Of a stretch of DNA of 64,000 bases, positions 1-7,986 are shown piece after piece. The notes beneath the pieces were generated by a model. The model was not told the origin of the DNA, ran no database searches, and saw only the letters and a list, made by a program, of their open reading frames with translations. The stretch comes from a plasmid: the sequence record NZ_CP110904.1; one strand, given 5' to 3'. A program made the translations under genes and the position numbers. Every line of letters starts with the position of its first letter. Position 1 is the first letter of the stretch.

Positions 1-65
1 ACCTGTCTTCCCTGGCATTAAAACCCGGGCAGATACCGACAGGCCAGCAGCGGGCCGGATTAGAT

Positions 66-1247
66 GTGCCACCTGCCGCTCCCCCGGGAGCTAAAATAAC
101 TATACCCAACGCCCGCGCAGGCGAACGTTTCTCTTCGCCGGTTGCTATCGTACTGGATGAGGGCCAGCAGGCTACTGTCAGGGACGTTGTCTTTCCCCGG
201 AACATTGGCCTGTCCTTTGACAAAGAACTGGAGTTGCTGACAGGTACACCCACCGAAAGCGGCGATATAGAGCTTTCAGTAATCTGGTCATGCGCGTCGC
301 ACGACGAATGTGAAACAAAACAGCTTTTTATAGTAAATCCCGATCCGAGAAGCCTGTGGAAGGTGGTAGAGCCACCAGCAGACGCTCCCTACCCTAAGTC
401 CCATCTGGACGCTGCTGGCCTGGTCAGGGGTGACATACGTATTGCTGCCGCCAGCCGCCGGGGACGCTCTCATGAGCATGCCGGGAGCTTCAGGGATGAC
501 GACTTCTATATCAACCACTGCCAGGAAACAGGATGGTCTGTCATGCTGGTCGCAGACGGGGCCGGTAGTGCGGTAAATTCCCGGGAAGGCTCCCGGATAG
601 CAGTCAAAACGGCTGGCGATTACCTTTTCAATCAGCTCAGTGGTGTGAAAGGCGTCCATTTAAAGCAGCACATCACGGCGTGGGAAGGGAGCGATCAGCA
701 GGCAACCATAAACGCCATGCTTCATCATTTTAAACAGGCAGCTACGCTCGCGGTCAACAGTATCCAGAACGAAGCCATTTGTGCAGAACAACCTGTGAAA
801 TCCTATTCAACAACCCTACTGGCAACTGTAGCGCTACGAACTGATAATGAGCTGTTTGCGGCTGCATTCTGGCTTGGTGATGGTGCGATAGGTGCATACA
901 GCCCTTCCGGTAAAGTCAGGATACTGGGAAATCCCGATAGCGGAGAATACGCAGGACAAACCCGCTTTCTTGACCAGAGCATTATCGCAGACCCCTCGTT
1001 TAGCGGCCGCATCAGCGTGGGTAAATGGAATGATGTATCTCACTTGATCCTCATGACAGATGGCGTATCAGACCCTCTGTTTGAGACAGATAACGGGCTT
1101 CGCAGTGACGAAAAATGGACCCGTCTCCTTGATGAGCTCATCCCTGTCCTTACAGACGCCAGTATTGCGCCTGAGAGGTTAGGCGACTGGCTTAACTTTT
1201 TCTCCACAGGGAACCACGATGACCGCACTATTGCGGTGTTGTGGTAA
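66..1247 (+). CDS. PP2C-family Ser/Thr protein phosphatase. The frame is open upstream to the window edge, so the gene may be 5'-truncated by the window; the listed start is GTG at 66.
   Basis: PP2C-like motifs LVADGAGSAVNS (ADGxGG-like) and ILMTDGVSD (TDG). There is no in-frame stop between nt 3 and 66. The stop overlaps the downstream kinase gene. Confidence 0.6.
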   Translation: MPPAAPPGAKITIPNARAGERFSSPVAIVLDEGQQATVRDVVFPRNIGLSFDKELELLTGTPTESGDIELSVIWSCASHDECETKQLFIVNPDPRSLWKVVEPPADAPYPKSHLDAAGLVRGDIRIAAASRRGRSHEHAGSFRDDDFYINHCQETGWSVMLVADGAGSAVNSREGSRIAVKTAGDYLFNQLSGVKGVHLKQHITAWEGSDQQATINAMLHHFKQAATLAVNSIQNEAICAEQPVKSYSTTLLATVALRTDNELFAAAFWLGDGAIGAYSPSGKVRILGNPDSGEYAGQTRFLDQSIIADPSFSGRISVGKWNDVSHLILMTDGVSDPLFETDNGLRSDEKWTRLLDELIPVLTDASIAPERLGDWLNFFSTGNHDDRTIAVLW

Positions 1248-2772
1248 GGGATACGCTTCTTCGGTGATCAATATGGCAAATATTGTTACGTGCAAAACAA
1301 AGGACGGCGAAACAGTCCAGTATGTTGACGAGGTAATTGGTTCGGGCTCGATGAAGGATGTTTACTTCTCGCCTGATAAATCATACGTCGTCGCTTTTTA
1401 TCATAAACCGCAGAACGAGCAGGCCCGGGATCGGATTGATATGATCACCGGACGCTACAGGCAAAACATTTTTGGCCAGTCCGGAGGTGAATACTGGAAG
1501 GACCTGTTTTGCTGGCCGACCCACGTTGTTGAGCATGGGGATAAAATCGGCATCGTGGTTCCAACCTACAAAAGCTACTTTTTCTTTAAATACGGCTCTA
1601 AAAACGATGATTTTCTTGGCATAAAAGGCCGTGAAAAGGAAGGCAAATGGTTTGCCAGCGCCAGCAACCAGAATAAATTTCTCGACCCACGTGAACGAGG
1701 CAATACGCTTACCTATCTCAAGGTCTGTCTGCTGCTAACAAGAGCCGTCAGAAGGATGCATGCGGCAGGTCTCTGTCACAGCGATCTAAGCTATAAAAAC
1801 GTGCTTATCGATCCAGAAATGGGACATGCCTGCATCATTGACGTAGACGGCCTGGTTGTCCCTGGAAAGTATCCTCCCGACGTCGTGGGCACCCCGGATT
1901 TTATCGCTCCGGAAGTGGTGAAAACCAGCCATCTTTCCAAAGAGGATCCGAACCGCGTATTGCCAAGCATTTCTACTGACCGTCATGCGCTGTCGGTGCT
2001 TATCTACATGTATCTGTTCTTCCGTCATCCGCTACGTGGCGGAAAAATACATGACATGTCGGATGAAGTACGTGATGAGACCTTATCTATGGGTGAGAAG
2101 GCACTCTTCATTGAACATCCGACAGACAAAAGCAATGCAGTCAAAGTCAGTCAGCTATCCTCCTTTTCACTTCCCTGGGCTGACCCGGGTAAAATTCCTT
2201 ACACCATCATGGGTCCCTACCTGACGTCATTGTTTGATCGAGCCTTCATCGATGGCTTACATGATGCCACAAAACGCCCTACCGCCGATGAGTGGGAAAG
2301 TGCCTTGGTTAAGACCGTTGACCTGATACAGCCCTGCCAAAACACGAAATGTGAACAGAAGTGGTACGTTTTCTCGGGTAAGACAAAGCCGGTCTGTCCT
2401 TACTGCGGTACGCCGTATAAAGGTAAGTTGCCAGTGCTTAATTTTTATTCTTCTCGTAAAGAAGGCAGCTATCGTCCTGACGATCACCGGTTGATGGTCT
2501 GGAGCGGGCAGTCTATCTATGCGTGGCATGTGAATCGTCTTATCGCGCCAAATGAACGTACAACGGATGCACAAAGGAAACGGGTTGGTTATTTTGTTTA
2601 CCATAACGATCAATGGTGGTTGGTAAATGAAGGCATATCAGGACTAATGTCATTACCGGATAAGCGGCAGATTATGGTTGGGGAAAAAATAGAACTGAAG
2701 AATAACGCTCAATTTGTTTTGTCAAAAGAGGAAGGTGGCAGGCTGGTAGTCGTTCAATTAGTAGAAAACTAA
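1219..2772 (+). CDS. Hanks-type Ser/Thr protein kinase with a C-terminal Cys-rich zinc-ribbon-like segment. The true start may be the internal Met at about 1270 (MANIVTCK).
   Basis: Catalytic loop HSDLSYKNVLID, DFG-like DVDGLVVPG and APE motif TPDFIAPEV. C-terminal CxxC...CxxC (CQNTKCEQ...CPYCG). It overlaps the phosphatase gene, which indicates an operon. Confidence 0.7.
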   Translation: MTALLRCCGKGYASSVINMANIVTCKTKDGETVQYVDEVIGSGSMKDVYFSPDKSYVVAFYHKPQNEQARDRIDMITGRYRQNIFGQSGGEYWKDLFCWPTHVVEHGDKIGIVVPTYKSYFFFKYGSKNDDFLGIKGREKEGKWFASASNQNKFLDPRERGNTLTYLKVCLLLTRAVRRMHAAGLCHSDLSYKNVLIDPEMGHACIIDVDGLVVPGKYPPDVVGTPDFIAPEVVKTSHLSKEDPNRVLPSISTDRHALSVLIYMYLFFRHPLRGGKIHDMSDEVRDETLSMGEKALFIEHPTDKSNAVKVSQLSSFSLPWADPGKIPYTIMGPYLTSLFDRAFIDGLHDATKRPTADEWESALVKTVDLIQPCQNTKCEQKWYVFSGKTKPVCPYCGTPYKGKLPVLNFYSSRKEGSYRPDDHRLMVWSGQSIYAWHVNRLIAPNERTTDAQRKRVGYFVYHNDQWWLVNEGISGLMSLPDKRQIMVGEKIELKNNAQFVLSKEEGGRLVVVQLVEN

Positions 2773-3075
2773 CAAATATCTCTTACCAGATTTTAGCTGT
2801 TACGGCATTGAGCCACTCATCGCGACTAATTCGATGAGCGGCCCGCCAAACGAGGCTGTGAAGCGCTTATGAAGGCGATGGATCGGTTTAACAAAGAGCT
2901 GCGTAGCTCTCTGTTCCTGCTTGGGGAAGGGATTCAGCAGGATTTCAGGGGGTAGCAGACCATACTGTCAATGTCGCCACGGTATACCACTCGCTGGAAT
3001 GAGCTACTTGTCGTAAAAGCCTGACATCCATGCCAGTGTTACCCGGCATGGTCAGTTCTGGCATGAAAAGCTACT

Positions 3076-3906
3076 TTAACCACCACGGGCCTTCTGGATT
3101 GCGTATTTCAGGGTAGCTTCGTCGACAGCCCCCGGGATGAATGATGTCGTTGCAGCCTCAGGTTTTTGCATGTTCATAATAATGAACCCAGGTGTTCCGT
3201 TGATCCCGAGTGCTTCACCCAGCTGCATGTTTCCCGAGATGACATTCTCATACCGGTTTTTCTCCCCGTCACCAAATGAACTGTTGAACCCAGATTTATT
3301 CACCACCATGTCTAAATCCCGGATCTGAAATTCACGCTGACTTTTGAAAAACACATATGCGCTATTCATCACATTATTGTGGTACTTTCGATACGCCTCA
3401 GCCCCATATGTCTGGTAAACATGGAGACCAGTCGCAGCTCCCATCGCAGAAACTTGTTTCGAACCGGCGAAGATCGGAAATTCTTTGAAGAAGAATTTTA
3501 CATCACTGCTCTGACTCAACACTGATTCCACAACCGGAGCTACCTGCATACAGAAATGGCATTGATAGTCGAAGAATTCGATGACAGCAACGGCCGCATT
3601 ATCGGGACCAATGTTTGGTGTCTCTTTCGTCTCAAAGAGTGCCGGGGCGTAAGGAATGATACTCTCCAGGGATGCACTGGTGTTCTGATTTTCTAGCGCC
3701 TTACCAGCTTCGACCAGATAGTTGGGGTTTTTTACCAGATAATTGGCGGCTAGTTTACCAATTTCATCGCTGCTGAGAGTCTGGGGTTTAAAATAATTCG
3801 ACGTGATATACACAGAACCAACCGCCGCAATCACCGCAGAAATTAAAACAGACGCCACTGGTTTTAAATAATTTAATTTAGTCATAGCCACCTTTACGTG
3901 TATCAA
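3076..3906 (-). CDS. DsbA-family thiol:disulfide oxidoreductase with an N-terminal membrane anchor.
   Basis: Thioredoxin-fold CxxC motif FDYQCHFCMQ. N-terminal hydrophobic segment VASVLISAVIAAVGSVYI. Confidence 0.65.
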   Translation of the reverse strand: MIHVKVAMTKLNYLKPVASVLISAVIAAVGSVYITSNYFKPQTLSSDEIGKLAANYLVKNPNYLVEAGKALENQNTSASLESIIPYAPALFETKETPNIGPDNAAVAVIEFFDYQCHFCMQVAPVVESVLSQSSDVKFFFKEFPIFAGSKQVSAMGAATGLHVYQTYGAEAYRKYHNNVMNSAYVFFKSQREFQIRDLDMVVNKSGFNSSFGDGEKNRYENVISGNMQLGEALGINGTPGFIIMNMQKPEAATTSFIPGAVDEATLKYAIQKARGG

Positions 3907-3991
3907 CTTGTTAGTTATTAACCTGCGTTCGATTATACTGGCACAGCAAATAGGAATTATTCGTTAAAGGCCACTTTTTAGAGGATGTAGG

Positions 3992-4603
3992 ATGTTACGG
4001 CATATTTTCTTACTTACCGCCACAACGCTGTTATGTGGATGTGGATATCATTTCGGAAATGACGTGGATGCCTACGATTTATTGCCCCGCCCGGTAGGAG
4101 GTAAGAAATTTTTAATTGTCGCGCCGGATGACAATATTCAGTCACGGATGTTTGCAGCCCGGTTTGCGAGTGGATTAGCGGGTAAGGGTTTTAAAATTTC
4201 CAGTCATCAGCCCGACTATATCCTCAGATTCAGTTACAGCATGCCCCAGGAGAATATGCAATTCAGTGAACAGCCCGTGACAGGCATAACCGGTTATGTC
4301 GTCGAGAAGAAGACAACGAAAAAAGATAAACACGGGCAGACTCAGACGGACTATGACTATAAACCCGTCAGCGGGATCGTGGGGTCAGAGACGATATCAC
4401 AGAGGCATTTCTGGCGCCGCCTTGATGTGGAAGTCTACCCTGCGGGGAAAGGGGCACAACAGGTTCTTAAAGTCAGTATGCAGAGCAATGCGCCAATCCC
4501 ATCGGACAGCATTGCGTATTCCGCAATGATCGACGCTCTGGCCGGGAAACTGGATGCCCCGCTACGCTCCGGAAACTATGTCGCATCGGTTCCCTGGAAC
4601 TAA
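3992..4603 (+). CDS. Putative lipoprotein.
   Basis: Signal peptide plus lipobox LLCGCG at the N-terminus. No recognisable catalytic motif. Confidence 0.45.
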   Translation: MLRHIFLLTATTLLCGCGYHFGNDVDAYDLLPRPVGGKKFLIVAPDDNIQSRMFAARFASGLAGKGFKISSHQPDYILRFSYSMPQENMQFSEQPVTGITGYVVEKKTTKKDKHGQTQTDYDYKPVSGIVGSETISQRHFWRRLDVEVYPAGKGAQQVLKVSMQSNAPIPSDSIAYSAMIDALAGKLDAPLRSGNYVASVPWN

Positions 4604-4661
4604 TGACCAGCACCGCAACGCCCAACCGCAAAGTGACTTTTCTCACCTGCATGCCACACCT

Positions 4662-5084
4662 TTACCGGCCTCCTCTGTTGAAATCATAGAGCCGGTAAAG
4701 ATCACCGATCGTCATTGCATCCACTTTGGACACGAACAAATACTCAAACTGCGCTTTCTGAATATCTGACACTGACGCATCGTCCAGCACCTCCTGGTAA
4801 AATCGAGCACTGATGCATCTCTCCGGATGCATGAACTGGTACCGACTCTGGAGAACCACCATTAGTAAAAACAGAATCAGCAGAACGAGAAGTAATATTT
4901 GGTTGGAGAGCTCCAGTCCCAGCAACACACCGATGGTTGCCAGGAAACAGAGAGTCCATCCGACCAGGGCAAAAGGAGCCTTTTGGATCTTTTGTTGGTA
5001 ATAACGGAAGATCACCGGATCATTTAAATACCGCTTATCCGGTAATCCCGTTGCCCGGGTGACAATGCTGAGCCAGAGCGACAT
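4662..5084 (-). CDS. Hypothetical inner-membrane protein.
   Basis: Two long hydrophobic segments (LCFLATIGVLLGLEL..LLLVLLILFLLMVVL). Confidence 0.35.
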   Translation of the reverse strand: MSLWLSIVTRATGLPDKRYLNDPVIFRYYQQKIQKAPFALVGWTLCFLATIGVLLGLELSNQILLLVLLILFLLMVVLQSRYQFMHPERCISARFYQEVLDDASVSDIQKAQFEYLFVSKVDAMTIGDLYRLYDFNRGGR

Positions 5085-5118
5085 TTTCTAACCCCCAAAT
5101 CGCGGATATACGGCGCTC

Positions 5119-5517
5119 TCAGGCCATACGTTCATAAAAGGCAACCAATGGCTGGGTGATGGGGTTTTGTACAAGCTCGGGGCGAATGGCTTTCAGCTGC
5201 CTTACCGGCGCTAGCTCATCCGTCGGCTTCACGATTCCATTGCCCGGACCTTTCCGGGTGCTGTCGGTGTTCACCTTTAGCCTGTCATTATTCAGATACG
5301 ATTCAACCCGCTTAGACATGGCGTCGCTGGGGGATGATGCGTCATTGAGTTTTTTTAAAACCGCGTCTTTATCCGTCTGAGCCGCAGAGACCAGCAGTTC
5401 ACTGCTGGCCTCAATGTCTGCGTTGCAGGACCCGAACTGGCATTGGGCCGCAAAGACGGGTTGAGTGCCAACCGCCACGAGCATTAACGTTGTCAGTATT
5501 GCAGATTTCATAATCAC
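5119..5517 (-). CDS. Hypothetical secreted or periplasmic protein.
   Basis: N-terminal signal peptide MIMKSAILTTLMLVAVGTQPVFA. The palindromic operator motif lies immediately upstream of its RBS. Confidence 0.4.
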   Translation of the reverse strand: MIMKSAILTTLMLVAVGTQPVFAAQCQFGSCNADIEASSELLVSAAQTDKDAVLKKLNDASSPSDAMSKRVESYLNNDRLKVNTDSTRKGPGNGIVKPTDELAPVRQLKAIRPELVQNPITQPLVAFYERMA

Positions 5518-5530
5518 CTCTTGCAGTCGT

Positions 5531-5545
5531 GAAAAGTCACTTTTG
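5531..5545. promoter_or_regulatory. Variant of the dispersed palindrome (GAAAAGT-C-ACTTTTG), immediately upstream of the RBS of the 5119..5517 gene.
   Basis: Perfect 6-bp arms AAAAGT/ACTTTT with a centre C. Confidence 0.5.
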
Positions 5546-6286
5546 TGCGGTGCCCATGCGGGTCACCAGATTTTCCGGGCTCAACCAGCCGGTGAACAAC
5601 TGAGGTTTACCCGACAGCGTTACCATGGTTGGCGTACCCTGAAGCGGAATAGTTGAAGCAACCTGGAAATGCGATTTGATAATATCGAGGCAGGCCGCGT
5701 CAGGCCGTCCTTCCGGAATGATTGATATCGAGCTCATTGCGGCATCCAGCGCATCATTAGGTTTGGCCGCACACCAGATTTTTGCCATATTCCCCGCGAC
5801 CACGGAGTTCAGGCCTGCACGCGGAAAAGCGAGGAATTTTATTGAGATCCCGGCATCGAGATAGGATTGAAGATCATGATGTAGTTTCTGGCAATACCCG
5901 CAGGTTATATCAGTAAACACCGCCAGGCGATATTTTTCATTCGCCGACTTATATTCTATGGATTTTGTTTTAGCAGCAAACTCCCTGACGCCTTTCAGTA
6001 TCGCCTGCTCCGTTGTATTCTCCACATCTTTGCCGTTAACATGAAACAAGCTCCCGGTAAAAATGTAATCACCATCTTTGCTGACGTAACTCACGCCTTC
6101 TCTTGAAATCACGGTATAAATATCTTTTACTGGGGATGGTTCAATATGCTCGATGGACAGCCCAACTTCTTTTAATTTCTTCAGTGCTGCATCAGGAAGC
6201 ACGTCAGTTTTCACTGTCTGGGCATTCATGCTAAAGGCCGTACAAGATGCCAGTAATAAGAATGATGCCTTGATAGTCTTATTCAT
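5537..6286 (-). CDS. DsbC/TrbB-like periplasmic thiol:disulfide isomerase.
   Basis: Signal peptide and a CxxC motif in DITCGYCQKLH. Size and layout match DsbC-fold conjugation proteins such as F TrbB. Confidence 0.6.
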   Translation of the reverse strand: MNKTIKASFLLLASCTAFSMNAQTVKTDVLPDAALKKLKEVGLSIEHIEPSPVKDIYTVISREGVSYVSKDGDYIFTGSLFHVNGKDVENTTEQAILKGVREFAAKTKSIEYKSANEKYRLAVFTDITCGYCQKLHHDLQSYLDAGISIKFLAFPRAGLNSVVAGNMAKIWCAAKPNDALDAAMSSISIIPEGRPDAACLDIIKSHFQVASTIPLQGTPTMVTLSGKPQLFTGWLSPENLVTRMGTAQK

Positions 6287-6391
6287 TTCAGCTCCTTTAA
6301 TGGAGCATTAATACTATCATGCGAAAAAATCCTCCAAATTCGCTTAAGGGACAAAATTCCCTCCCTATAGTAAAAATTTTTAGCCCGCGAT

Positions 6392-6949
6392 GTGGGAGAA
6401 TATCCAGTATGTAATTCCAGTGGAGATTATCTCGTGTTTATACCACCAGCAGATGATGTGAAACCTATTCCCGTTCCTGTTGAAGTCTACACACAGTGCA
6501 TTACCGATGCCTCCCGCTTTTTCGGGATTGATGCAGAATTGGTCTTTACGCTTTTTGATAATGAAGGCGGAAAAGTGGGAACGTTCAGCCGGAATAAAAA
6601 TGGCACTTATGATATTGGACCTATGCAGATCAATTCGTCCAATCTGCCGGAAATACGTGGCCACTTTCCGTCTGTTACCTGGCGGGTATTGGCCTATGAC
6701 GCCTGTGCCAGTTTCTGGGTAGGTACCTGGTGGCTTTACCGGAAAATTGTAGACCGAAATGGTAATGTATTTGAAGGGATTGCCGATTACAACAGCAAAA
6801 CCCCTAAGGTCCGGGCGAGGTATATCTTTAACTTCATGGTCAAATACAATCGCCGGATTCAGGGCCGGAATGGCATGGACGAGTTATATCAATGGACGCA
6901 ACCAAAGACCCAGTACAACGGACATATTGTAAAAAATGTTCCGGAGTAA
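6392..6949 (+). CDS. Lytic transglycosylase (Slt domain; conjugative TrbN/orf169-like). The true start may be the internal GTG near 6433.
   Basis: Slt-family motifs in AELVFTLFDNEGG and YDIGPMQINS. Confidence 0.6.
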   Translation: MGEYPVCNSSGDYLVFIPPADDVKPIPVPVEVYTQCITDASRFFGIDAELVFTLFDNEGGKVGTFSRNKNGTYDIGPMQINSSNLPEIRGHFPSVTWRVLAYDACASFWVGTWWLYRKIVDRNGNVFEGIADYNSKTPKVRARYIFNFMVKYNRRIQGRNGMDELYQWTQPKTQYNGHIVKNVPE

Positions 6950-7048
6950 ATTACCCCCCTACTCTCCAATTTATTGTTTAGTTGTTTTACGTGGCTGTGA
7001 ACAATTCATCACTGAGCGAGTGAAACTGTCCCGTGAAAGAGGTTAGGT

Positions 7049-7615
7049 ATGCTCCAATCAATATACGAATTCCTGTGCAAGATACGCTGTTCTCCACAGA
7101 AGCTTAGAAATAAAGACTTGGACGGGATCTTGCCTCAGGATGAATCAACAGCTGGCTTATGGGGACCTCTGCCATTAATCCATATTGTTCTTTTCCTGGA
7201 TTTTGATGGTGTAATCCACAAATGTCAGAATGAATCTTTCGAACGGATGTATTTGATTGAGAAGTTACTTGATGCAAGTCCTTCAATGTTCATCGTTATA
7301 TCAAGCTCATGGAGAGAATGCGGGAGTATTACCTACCTAAAGTCACTTTTCCGCTCGCCGTACAGAGACCGGGTAATTGGCGCAACCCCATCCCTGTGTC
7401 TACCCTCGGGGGGAATAGGGGTACGTGCAGCTGAATGTGAAGAATTCGTGGCCAGGCACCAGGTAAAAGCCTTTATCTGCCTTGATGACGATACGACCCT
7501 GTTTCCGCCAGAATATCCGCACCTGATCCGTACGGATTATTACACGGGGGTTAAAGAAAAGGACATAACGGATCTGATAGCCAGATATAACCTACTGATG
7601 GCCCGTTTTTATTAA
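7049..7615 (+). CDS. HAD-superfamily-like hydrolase, hypothetical.
   Basis: HAD motif I-like LFLDFDGVIH and an acidic FICLDDD near the C-terminus. Confidence 0.3.
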   Translation: MLQSIYEFLCKIRCSPQKLRNKDLDGILPQDESTAGLWGPLPLIHIVLFLDFDGVIHKCQNESFERMYLIEKLLDASPSMFIVISSSWRECGSITYLKSLFRSPYRDRVIGATPSLCLPSGGIGVRAAECEEFVARHQVKAFICLDDDTTLFPPEYPHLIRTDYYTGVKEKDITDLIARYNLLMARFY

Positions 7616-7630
7616 AAAAGTAACTTTTCC
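7615..7630. promoter_or_regulatory. Dispersed palindrome copy AAAAAGTAACTTTTCC.
   Basis: Exact core AAAGTAACTTT. Intergenic. Confidence 0.6.
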
Positions 7631-7692
7631 ACACACTCCGTCAAAAAAAACCATGATTCGCCATCTACCAAAAACACTGCATCAGTCGATCA

Positions 7693-7709
7693 GAAAAGTA
7701 ACTTTTTCC
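7693..7709. promoter_or_regulatory. Dispersed palindrome copy GAAAAGTAACTTTTTCC.
   Basis: Exact core. 80 bp from the previous copy. Confidence 0.6.
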
Positions 7710-7935
7710 TCAACTTTAATTTAGGCCAGTAAGCATTCACGTTTCTTAGGGTGGCGAGTGAACTGGATTTGGAAAGAGAATTTGAATCGTGATTAAGATA
7801 GTATCCTGTTTGACCATTGTTTTAAAACTGAACAAACCTTATCCAATGCTCAGTTAGCCGGTGTACTTTTCTCAGATTCGTGGTTTACCTTGAATAGCAC
7901 TGCCGTGAATAGTTATTTTCCCCGGATGCAGGCAT

Positions 7936-7974
7936 AAAAAAGCCGTGCCCAAAAAGAGCACGGCTTTTATCAGT
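7936..7974. terminator. Bidirectional rho-independent terminator downstream of the trhG-like gene.
   Basis: GC-rich hairpin gccgtgc-ccaaaaaga-gcacggc flanked by A and T runs (aaaaaagccgtgcccaaaaagagcacggcttttat). Confidence 0.5.
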
Positions 7975-7986
7975 CAGTATTCACTC

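Noticed and set aside
2773-3075. A 300-bp gap after the kinase gene with a 28-aa ORF (MKAMDRFNKELRSSLFLLGEGIQQDFRG), possibly a transposase or IS remnant.
   Set aside because: I could not match it to an IS family or find inverted repeats.
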